Shown: piece by piece, positions 14,701-25,300 of the stretch | How positions within the stretch are numbered: the stretch's first letter is position 1 | How the letters are laid out: every line of letters begins with the position of its first letter | From: Convolutriloba macropyga | Lineage: Eukaryota | DNA length: 64,000 nt | NCBI RefSeq assembly: GCF_964194025.1 | Contig: NC_134469.1 | Location: forward strand, 79,422,001-79,486,000 | Direction of reading: 5' to 3' | Made by a program: the position numbers and the translations under genes | The notes under the pieces: generated by a model | What the model was told of the DNA's origin: nothing | Databases searched by the model: none | Seen by the model: only the letters and a program-made list of their open reading frames with translations

Positions 14701-15360
14701 CCTACTGCAGTCAGGCGGTGGATATGACTTTCAGTTGCAATAAATTCACCAAGGGGTTTCAAATCACGCCATCAGAAGTTATCAAAGACCTCAATATTTC
14801 AAGTGAAAAAATGAAACCAATTTTGGGGTAATTTTCGGTTGACGTTTATTTGTAAACCGCCGTATATTGTGTTCAGCTGTTCAAAACTGTGAATGAAACA
14901 GTATTTTAGATCACGTAAAACTCGGAATGTCAACGATATAATTGTCACCTGAGAATTCAAAAACAGGCAAAAATTTTGAATAAAAGCTTCGAAGATTTAG
15001 ATTACAGATACAAATAACATTTAACCATTGCCTCGCCCAGAAAAAAATAGTTGTGACTGCAAAAGCACCAACTATAGGAGCAAAAATAACGAAAACATAG
15101 CTCGCAGATTGCCAAAAAACAGCCGCAATAGCTTCGTAGATCTGCAAAAGATAGTAAAGAAACAGACCAAAAGAAGTTTCTATTAAATAATGAGATGTTA
15201 TATTTTAATAATGATTTTGTTTATATTATTGCTGCTTCTAATAGCTGCTCTCGAATACCTTTCAATTAAAGTGACACTAAAACACTTGACCTTATCTCTT
15301 TGCAATAAAGCAAAACAGTCAATTTCAAAGTGAGGAAGTCATTTTTGAGAGCGAGGTAAG
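11756..15360. repeat. Tandem triplication, units of 1201, 1201 and 1200 bp, each carrying XTBD exon 2
   Basis: Units start at 11756, 12957 and 14158 (aagcctctcgaagg) with 3-nt AAG microhomology at the junctions. Units 1 and 2 appear identical. Unit 3 has a few substitutions and a 1-bp deletion. Confidence 0.97.
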
Positions 15361-17871
15361 TCACGCGTGACCAAAAACTTAATCACGCGAATGAACAAAA
15401 AAACTCATCCACGCAATTCAGTTGATATTGCATGAATGATTTGAAGTGATTGTGACGTCATACGGTTGCAACAAAAATCTTGACAAAATAAAAAGCCAAG
15501 AGAAGGCCAATAATAGCCCCAGCTATCGCAGACGTTAAAATTTAAAAGAAGTCACCAAAAAAGATTTGGAATAAAGACAAACACAGCAAAATCAATTGCC
15601 CGACTATCTGCCGCAAACCAACCAACAAAGCAATCAAATAATAATCTACATGAGTAGCTACAAAATGTCGGCCATAAACAATCTTACATATTTACATTTT
15701 CTATGAAAACACAGCTGGCAGATCACAAGAAAATAGCTACAAAAGTTTCATAAAACTGTAGTCTCATAATTCAAATGAAAAAATTTAAGCCTAAAACATT
15801 TTTAAAACATTTTACACTGTTGCATGGTGTGTAATTAATTGAGACTGAGGTTCTGTTGGATGCCCACAAACAAACTTTAAGTAGAGCAATCTCTATTTGA
15901 ATCCTCCGACTAAATTAAGCGAAAATCAATTTGAGAGAGAGAGAAGGAAAATCAATTTGAGAGAGGAAAAGTAAATTTGGGAGTTAAGTTTCTAAAACAT
16001 AGCTGGCAGATTGCCAGAAAATAGCCGCCATAGATTTGTAGATCTGCACTCTCAAAAAAAACATTAAATAAGACAGACCAAGTCTTTTAAAAATCGTATT
16101 TTCATTGAAGGCTGATCTGTTATATTTTGATTAAAAATCTGTATAAGCTATTGCGGCCTCTATTAGCTGATCTCAAATAACCTTCATTTAGAGTGACACA
16201 CCATTTGACCTTATCTCTTTGAATTAAAGTAAATAAAAGTCAATTTCAAAGTGAGGAAGTCATTTTTGAGAGAGGTAAGTCAAGTGTGACCAAAAATTTA
16301 ATCACGCGAATGAACAAAAATAAACTCGCTGCACTAAGAACGAAAAATGACGTCACACATGCAATTCAGTTGAAATTGCATGAACGAATGATCAAAAAGT
16401 AGCTGTGACGTCATATGGTCGTAACAAAAATCTTGACGACGAAATAAAAAAAAACAAGAGAAGGCCAATAATAGCCCCAGCTATCGCTGTGCGGCTATTA
16501 ATAACTAAGGTCTCAATATTCTAAATCTACTCGAATCTATACCGCAGTTATTTTGACAATACACTGATTAATGGCTGCGATGGCTTAGAGGAGCTATTAT
16601 CTGCCTTCTCTTGGTTTCATATTTCGTCGCCAATTATTTGATACCATTGAAGTCACGCTCACTATATTTTAACTTTCTTCAGTCATTCTAGCAATTGTTT
16701 GACAGCATTACATGCGTGCTGTTCTTTTTCAAATTGATTGGAGTGAAGTTTTCGTTGATTCGCGTGAATAATTTTGGCACTCATGATTTACTTAAAAGTC
16801 AAATTGAGTTTTCCTGAGTGTAAAAAATTATTCACGCAAATTAACGATAACCTCACTCCAATCAATGGGAAAATGGGATTATGTAATGCTGTCAAACAAT
16901 TGCAAGAATGACTGATGAAAGCTGATTTGTAGTGAGCGCGACGTCAATGTTAACAAAAAAGTTGACGAAATATAAAAACCAAGAGAAAGCCGATAATAGC
17001 TCCGCTAAGCCATCGCAGCCATTAATCGTGTACTGTCAAAATAGCTACGAAATAGATTCCATAGATTTAGAGTATTCATCAACTTGCTGAGCAGAAAATG
17101 TCAAAATTGTGCTCTCAAGTCAATACATTGGTCAGTGTAGCAGTATTCGGATACATGCCGTGGACGTTTATCACTGAGTAGTCCGCTACAAAGACTTGCA
17201 ACTGTACGGCCAATCCATTACTAGATTTCACGGAATCTACTGAGTTTAAGCTCTGAGGGCTTATGAGGGGACTGAAATTAATTTGGACAAAAATAAACGA
17301 GAGAAATTCTGAGCAAGATGTTTTTCCTATAATAGACAGTTTGCTTTTATTAAGGCACTTTCCAGCGGCACTTACCCGTGAGAGCCATGTAATAACTATC
17401 TTTAATGCCAAGAAGTAAATCTTCTCCGACCGTTTCGATCAAACTTAGAGACTAGTAAAGCTCTGAACGAATTTGGTTGAGAGCCATTAATTAAAGACGC
17501 TTTATTGTTTATCCGTCTAGTATGACCTACTGTACTGCTTTTATAACCCGATCCTTTCAATAATCTAACCATCTCAATAAATAACCTGATGTTCTTAAGA
17601 TTTTCGCATTAGATTTAATCAACTACAGGTGAAAATCTGATTAAGAGACTCCGCAGTTTGATATATACCTGCATCCTAGCACTAAATTGTTCATCCATAC
17701 AGACGAGAGTGAATCCAGTTCGAATGGTGGCATGTCTTCTCTGCCCCAGTGTCTCTCCAGGAACTGTCTCCTCGACTGCCACTCCCTTTCCCCCTCCCAG
17801 ATCTTCCTCAGCTCATCTATAGTCTCGACTGGACGCCTCTCGGGCGCCACAAAGCCATGTTTGCTCATCAT
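11808..17871 (-). CDS. XRN2-binding-domain (XTBD) protein, CDKN2AIPNL/CDKN2AIP/PAXT-1-like, about 175 aa, 2 coding exons, exon 2 present in 3 tandem copies
   Basis: Exon 1 is 17871-17669 (IDELRKIWEGEREWQSRRQFLERH...LSSVWMNNLVLGC, donor AG|gtatat). Exon 2 follows tgtttaag| at 14534-14210, 13333-13009 or 12132-11808. The phase-2 join gives GCRYPKATIERVKELADGLKV, which completes the XTBD motif, followed by a disordered tail with KKRK. Confidence 0.88.
15994..16501 (-). mobile_element. Helentron/HINE-like non-autonomous element, family A (other copies 15091-15530, 49295-51543 interrupted, truncated copies in the 1.2-kb repeat)
   Basis: On the plus strand: aaaacatag, hairpin ctggca-gat-tgccag, aatagccgc ... 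gcggctatt-aa (asymmetric sub-terminal inverted repeat). Repeated at several loci. Confidence 0.6.
16515..17076. repeat. About 560-bp imperfect palindrome (fold-back/MITE-like) in the XTBD intron
   Basis: Arms e.g. gattaatggctgcgatggcttag / ctaagccatcgcagccattaatc and gcaattgtttgacagcattacat / atgtaatgctgtcaaacaattgc. Centre near 16795. Confidence 0.9.
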
Positions 17872-19664
17872 TTTCGAAACTGGAACTAAAGTTCAACATT
17901 CTTAACATTTCCATTTTACTTTTTACCGTTTACATTTTTAACATGACATTTTCAAAGAAAAAAATTTACATTCTACCCTTGTTTAAAAATTCAGTTAGTT
18001 AATTACTTCAGCAGATTTTTACAATTTTAACTAAGAAACCTCGACGACGTTTCAGACTGGCAAGGGAACTAATTTGCTTCATTTAATAAGGCGTGTCGAA
18101 AACTACGCTAACATTTGAACTAACATTTTATAATTTTAAAGAGCCAAAAGCAACCAGTTCAGCCGAAAAATTTTATGAATGTGAAAAACACCCAAAAGTA
18201 TGAATTAGACAAATCCTCAATAGCACGATTTGAGTCTGACTCTAAGAAGGCAACAAGCTAAAAACGGGAAAAAAACATACAGGACTCAAATAACCACTCA
18301 TCCAGTTTTGAAACTAAAAGAAAAAAATTTAGGAACCTCCCTTCACGTCATAAGTCTCCAAAACAGTCTCTGTGAATCTTATACTTGGAGACTGGTGAGC
18401 TGGAAGGCTCTACGAGAACTTAATGCCCACTGTTCGCTGCCTGTTTATCCCGTTTTTGAGGACGAAAAGTCAAATGGGTCAGACGAAAAATCGGTCAAGC
18501 GAAAAATCGCATTAAAAAAAGACAAACAGGACAAATATAATCACTACAAATTTCTTTTGAGAGCAATTAAACAGGGCTAAAAATCATTCATGTAGCTGTT
18601 TCGTACAGTGTTTAAAATTGTAGAGCGCAATTCTATATATTTCAAATTATTTTTCAATTATCATGCGAAAGTTTAATGTTCGCCTGATCTCATTCGAAAG
18701 CTCAAAACACCACAAATTGAACATATGCAGAAAAAGAAACCCATGCCCGCCAATTGATCAAAATCATTTAAAAACTTAAACAACTATAGATTCAGATCTA
18801 TTCAGCATTCTAAAACATGCATTTTAAAAAATATTACATTGTTAAAAAAGTTTTAAGGACAGTTATTGTTAAATTTTGTCACTTCGAGATTGGGTGTTAT
18901 TCTTGCATGAACATCATTACCACATCTACAAATTTCTGAAAAATGGTTAAAATATAGGTACAATTGCTTTTGTTGTCCTATGCAAATCCAAGAGTCTCAA
19001 GGGCCAATAACATTTGAATTATGCAGCTCTACATCCAAATTGTCACATCCTAAATCAGGCACTGCAAAAACGTTCAGAAGTGATGTATGCATGCAGAAGT
19101 GAATCGCAATGGAACACTTGCAGAAAAAGACAAAAAGTAGATAAATAATATTATTTAAGGACATGACAAAAAAACAAGGTGCCAAAAAAACACCAACGCG
19201 TAATATTCATATTCAAATTTATGGTCAGTTTATCACAGAGCAAAACAATTGATGGTACAAAAGTCTGAAAATTCAAAGACTACAGAACCGAAAACTACTA
19301 TCCTTAGTTTACAGGATAATACAATTATAATACGTTTTCTCCTTATTTCCACAACCAGAATATATGCAAGAAGATTTTGATAGAAAAACTGGACTTTGGT
19401 TGAACTCTTAATAGCTGGTGATAAAAGCTTAATGTATGCTTCTTGCTTTCGAAAATTTTCAGTTGATAGTTGAAATATCTGAGGCATATTTAAGGTAAAT
19501 TCACCTGTATTTGAAAAGCTGGTCTGAAAAAATTTTTCATAAACAAACAAAAGTTTTCTTCGTCGCAAAATTTATCGACTAAAAGCTAATTGGCTATAAG
19601 CCAGGCTTGCTTGAAGTTTTTAACCCCAATCATGGAGGGAATCATCAGATTACATTTCATCTGC

Positions 19665-20058
19665 TGTTACGAAGTAAATAAAACAACGAATTTTAGCCAA
19701 TCAGATTCGAGTATTTCTAAACTTTAAAATAAGAATTAAATACGTTCTAATATACGTAGAATGTTCCGAAAAAGTTCATTTAACCTAATTCTAAGTAAAT
19801 AGAACCATGATATGTATCGATTAAGCTGGTTTTCGGCTTAATATTTTTAGGTTTTCTAGACAATTGCCGATTGAACACGAACTGATTTTGACGTCAATGA
19901 CATCAGACAAAAAACCAGTAAAAGAGCATCGAAAAAACCTTGCCGTCTAAGTTTTCACTTGTTGCTTTGTACATTACTAATGTTAAAACGTTGTTGCTAT
20001 AAAGGAGCTTACACGAATCAATTGAAAATATCGAACTTCTGTTTTATCAGAGTTAATA
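19665..20058 (+). repeat. 5' LTR of BEL/Pao element
   Basis: tgttacgaag...agagttaata. 3 mismatches to the 3' LTR by visual comparison. Confidence 0.96.
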
Positions 20059-21348
20059 TTGGTACCGCTCCGTTAACGAGCCACCTATAGCCTAAATAGT
20101 GTGTCAGGCCGATCAAATAGAATTTGCTCATATTTTAATCTCAATTATACAGTGGGAGACGTGTTTGGATATAACAGCAGAAGCAGGTTGCACAACTCCT
20201 TCAGACCCGAGTACCCGAAGCCTCTCGTAGACCATGATGTTGCGTGTAGCATTGGTCTATTTACAAGGCAAATTGCACCTTACATCGAGAGGACAATTGG
20301 ATTGGATCAGAGTGACTTGAAGCTGGAAATAGCCATCTGCTAACTGGACCTCTACCAGAACATCACTATCCCAACACTTGAGCTTATCTACAGCTACAGA
20401 GACGCGAGAAGGAATGAGATGAAAAGAGGACTACTGAGATGTCTCAGAGCATCTACAGAGGTCAAACTGAAATCGAAAAAAAAAAAAAACTGTAAGACAG
20501 AAGCTTCAAATTTTTTATTGAAATGTAGTAAATTGATAAAATGTTAGACGGCAAGAAACCCAACCCGTAATTTTTTTGACATTGGTGTAGTAGAATTAAA
20601 CTAATATTTGTAGAAAACATTAGTAAGGGGGCCCACAAAAAAAAAACAATTTTAAAGACGAAAAAACATCGATTTTGAAAATTTTTGGTAGATTTACAGA
20701 AAAATTCGAGAAAAATGATATAGTCAGTTAATATATCAAAAAATAACCTCTGATATAGAAAAAATTGAGAGAAAATAATGCTAAATCGTTCAATTTTGAA
20801 AATTTTTGGTCAATTTTGAGGCAAATCAAAAAAATTAGAAAATTATTACCGAGTATTGATAAACCTTATTTCCGAGCATAAAGTTGTCGAGTTTAGTGGA
20901 TTACCGTTCCGTATTCAAGAAATTGCAACAAAAATTGACCAAAAATAGAAAAATTGGACAAAAGCATAAAATTTTGACAAATTTGTCAAAAAAATCATTT
21001 TCTCCAGCAAGAAGGTTCGTAAATTGAGTGAAACTCAATAAACACAAAAAGTTTTGAAAATTTTCACAACCTCCGGCCTACAGAAAAAATTTACCGAATT
21101 CCTATATTTTTTTTTCATCGCTGGTTTTTGTGCCGTTTCGCCCGCGTTCTTTTCGTCCTTTAACTTTCAGTCCTCCGTGTTCCGTTTTTCAATAACGTCG
21201 CTCTCCCAAAACTTCGCTTTTCGTTTTCTTCCGCTGCTTTTCTAGAATTCAGTGTAGTATGTCATATGTGATGAAGTATGTTGTTGTTTTTGCTGTAGTA
21301 TGTTGAGTATGCTAGTATGCTGGTTTGTTGTTTAGTTCTTATAGCTTT

Positions 21349-21876
21349 CTAGGGTGTGACTTAAGTTTATTCTCGAGTTACGGCTGGATTGTCCTTCGAC
21401 TTTTCAACATTACTAATTTACTAGCCTTCCTGTTGTAGTATATTGATTTTGCTGCTGTATGTTTGTGTGTAACTGTATGATTGCTAGTTGGTTTGGTCTT
21501 GTTGCATGCTAGGGTGTGACTTAAGTTTATTCTCGAGTTACGGCTGGGTTGTCTCTTGACTTTTCCAACAGTCTTAGTCTACAAACACACTATCGTAGTT
21601 TATTCACTTTTGCTGTAGTTTGTTTAATACCGTTAGTATGCTGATTGTTTGTTGTGGTTGGGGTTTTGCTAAGATGTGACTTAAGTTTATTCTGGAGTTA
21701 CGGCTAGTAAATTTCTCGACCTTTTCATCCTTTTAGTGTACTACTGCATTGCCGTAAAATAGTTTGTCGTTAAATTTGTCGTCATAGACCCATTATGAAC
21801 TATATTAGATTGTCTTGCAGTAGCTTCTCTCCTTCTTCCTAGGGTGTGACTTAAGTTTGTTCTGGAGTTACGGCTA
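21349..21876 (+). repeat. Array of four conserved 38-nt motifs separated by diverged 122-132-nt spacers, inside the BEL leader
   Basis: ctagggtgtgacttaagtttattctcgagttacggctg (or near variant) at 21349, 21509, 21669 and 21839. Period is 160/160/170. Confidence 0.92.
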
Positions 21877-22004
21877 GGTTGTTTGCTTGAGTTTTTGCTG
21901 TGGTCTGCTAACATAGTTCTTTCCGAACTCATTTCCCGCCCGTTCTTCCCCACCGTCCCGTTTCGTTCGTTTTCCCGCACGTCCCGTTTCCGTTCTGTCG
22001 CGCA

Positions 22005-22111
22005 TTGCTCGCTCGACTTCTCGTCTGTCCCGTTTCCGTCGCGTTGCGCGTTGCTCGCTCGACTTTCCGTCCGTAACGTCTCCGTTTCGTCGCGCGTTGC
22101 TCGCTCGACTT
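22005..22111 (+). repeat. Three ttgctcgctcgactt motifs at 46-bp period in a pyrimidine/CpG-rich tract of the BEL leader
   Basis: Motif at 22005, 22051 and 22097. Confidence 0.85.
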
Positions 22112-22366
22112 CCCGTGTGTCCTTTGCCTCCCTCCGCGTTGAGCGCATAGCGTTCAGCGCTCCACTTCTGTTTTTGTCGGGCACAGTGTGCTCGACGACC
22201 TTATTTGCTCTTTGGGTGGTTTGTTTTACAGACTGTCTACAGTGTGCTGTGTTTGGTGTCTTTTGAGTTGGGTTCGTTTTGCGTGTATTAGGTTTGTTCG
22301 GAGTGTGCATATGAAATATAACTGTGTCCAGTGGTAGGATTGCTGGTCTTTGGAAATAATAACATC

Positions 22367-25300
22367 ATGATGTCTAATAGTCTTGATCAAAAAATCAAAA
22401 AGTTGTACGCTGCCAGGTCAAAGCGTGAGGCTGAATTGCATGCTATACATGAAGATATCCTTCATTGTATAAATAGTCAAAGTAGGCGAGTGAAAGTTGA
22501 ACGCCTAGTAACAAAGTGCAACGAAGCATTTATGACCGTTGTAGACAAAAATGAGGACCTGATTGCATTTGCTGGAAAAACAGAAGATCCAAGTGCACTT
22601 GTTCCTTCACTAGAGTCTTACTTAGAGGCAATGACAACCAAGAACGACAAGATCCTCACTTCAGCACGAAACTACATCAATTCTGCTGATGATAAAGTGA
22701 GTGAGTTTCAGGAACCGAGGGCTTCCATTCATTCTAGACTTCCCTCAATTATGACATCGTCAAAAACATCTAGTCAGCGTAAACATGATTACGTAATTGC
22801 TAAGATGAAGCGTGAAGAAATTGAAAAACAAAATGAAGCAGCCATTCGCCTTGCTAAACAGAAAAAGCAAATGGAATTGGATGAACTGGAGGAAAACAAC
22901 AGGAAACGGTTGGCAGAGGCAACTCTGCAAGAATTTGAATTGCTGGACGCCGTTTCCAAAGGTAGCCAATCTGAAACAACTGCAAGTGCTAGGAGCTCAA
23001 TGAGAAGTGAAAAGGCTGTCCAAGATTGGATCAACACCTCACTTGCTTTAAGTTTTCACAATGAGGAGAAAACTAGCGAACCAAAGGTTATGATTGACCC
23101 TCCAGAATGTCCTAGCCACAACAACGGCAAAACAGTGGAAGATCAGAACACTGAAAATTCAAGGCATTCCATTCCAAAAAATTGTCGAGGCAATTACATT
23201 TTAAGCAATGAGACCTTGCAGCAACTCGACCCCTATTATACTCCACCTGAAAATTTTTTGGCTGCTGCTAACACACAGGCGTTGTACCAGGCGCACCTAA
23301 GGGCGCAAATGAATCAAACAGGCCAGCAAGGCACGGCGCTCCCAAGCATTATTAACCAAGGAACCGCGGATAGTCAGCCGCCTTCTGTACACGCCCCAGG
23401 GGCTTCTTCACCGCCCATTCAACAGCCCATTCCACCACAGACGTCCGCACCACAAGGAAATCAGAATATTGCAACCGAGGTTTTTCCCAACGCACAACTT
23501 CAAATTTTGCAATCCAGGGGACCTGAAACATCAAGTCTGCCCGAAAATAATTCGGCCCAGCGTATATGCTTACGACAACAATATAATTTTGTCCCCCGAG
23601 CACCAAACGCCACTCTTCCTCCTTTTCCGACAACAAATCATCCAGCCCCCGCAATAAACGTTCCCCTGCACCCAAGCCCCCCACCAAGTCAAAACACACA
23701 ACAGCACATCTCCGAACCCGCTCATCATAACTCCCTTCCCATCCCGAACCCAGTATTTGCACCTAACCTCACTGCTCCCATTCCACACGCCCCTTTGGTC
23801 AATCAGCCACCCGCTCACAACAACTTTCAAAATAATACTAGTCAAGTACACAAAGTTGTACGTTCCGTTGCTCCTCGTTTCCCAGATATGCCCAATATCC
23901 CTCTTGGCCAAAACTTTGTGCCAAATATGAGCCATTGGCGTTTTCCACAGCACAGACCGTCATTAGTCAACCAAGACGCTACCACCGTAAATAATGTTGC
24001 TCCAAATGTACAGGCACACATCGCACCATCAGTTACTAATTTTCCACAACAAACATATTCGAATTCACCCCTTTTGATTGATATGCAATCACCATCCGGC
24101 ACACATCAAGAAAACCCGATTGCAACTACAAGTAATATTGTACCTGGTCTGGCCACTCCGGTTTTTCAGCCAACATACCCTTATGTTGGGCCCACTCCGT
24201 TGAGTTGGAGTGGTCCGCAGGTGTCTGCACCTGCCCCTCCGATACCGGACAATGCGTCATTGATTAGGGAATTAGCTGACGCAATAAACAGCAAGAAAAA
24301 TGACCCTTTGCCAGAATGGAAACTTGCTCAGTATAATGGCGATCCATTACAATGGCACGAGTGGTATGGTCAATTCAAAAGCGCGATTGACTCGCAAACG
24401 CTCACTGATGACGTTAAATTGACATGCCTTAAGACACTCGTCACTGGTAAAGCAAAGATTGCAATCGCCGAGTTTGCTTACTGTGGTTTAATGTACAAGG
24501 ATGCACTAAGGACTTTGGAACGTAAATTTGGCCAGCCACAGGCAGTCGTAAGTGCACACTTGGATAAACTAAGCAACTTTCCGCCTCTTAAAATGCACAA
24601 TAGTGATAACATCATTAACTATTCTGCAGCCATATCCAGCCTCGTTGGGGTTTTCAAGTCACTATCATATGATGCTGACCTGAAGAGCGCTTCCCTACTT
24701 AACCCAGCGGTACAGAAGTTACCACCAAACATGAAAGAGTCATGGTCACTCTTTACGGTTAAGAAGCACTGGGTTAAGCTTACCCTCCTTGACTTTAACG
24801 ACTGGCTTAAAGAAAAGGCTGAGGCCCACGATCTTATGAAACAAAGCGCAACCAAGGCAAGGCCTGAAGATAACAGCACTTCAGTAACCAAGACCAAAAC
24901 AGCCTCAAAAGTGTTTGCATCAAATTCACAACAAAGGGAAACAAAGAAGCAAATGCCATCTTCTTCCACAAACACTTACTCTCGCTGCATTGTATGCAAA
25001 GGTAACCACCGGCTATGGGAGTGTCGAGTTTTCAAGGAAAAGACTCCAACCCAGAGAGCTAAGTTGGTGGCGGATAATAAACTTTGCTTTTCGTGCTTAC
25101 GGGACAAGCACACATTCCGCCAGTGCCCTCAACCAAGAAAGTGCCGAGCAGAAGGGTGCAATAGTTCGCATAACACACTATTGCATGGAGCAGATAGGGT
25201 TTTCCCAACAAAACAGTCGACAAATTCCAATACCATTCAACCTTCTGGCAACACAGGGCAAAGTAAAGCAGCTTCTAGTCAACTCCAGCCTAATAAGACC

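Noticed and set aside
11992-15147. Repeated 60-78 aa ORFs in the triplication (e.g. MQIYEAIAAV..., MPSSSLSAS...)
   Set aside because: These are antisense or off-frame shadows of the XTBD exon and repeat DNA. The real frame lacks its own start and is absent from the ORF track.
16905-16980. Hammerhead ribozyme (ctgatga ... gaaa)
   Set aside because: No stem II directly after CUGAUGA, and the core is not conserved in the opposite arm or in related family A copies.
19233-19568. 111-aa minus-strand ORF as a possible seventh cistron
   Set aside because: Non-ATG start, AT-biased composition and no recognisable motif.
21349-21876. CRISPR array or SL-RNA gene array
   Set aside because: Eukaryotic retrotransposon context, no cas genes, spacers over 120 nt with residual mutual similarity, and no convincing leader-GT donor plus Sm site.
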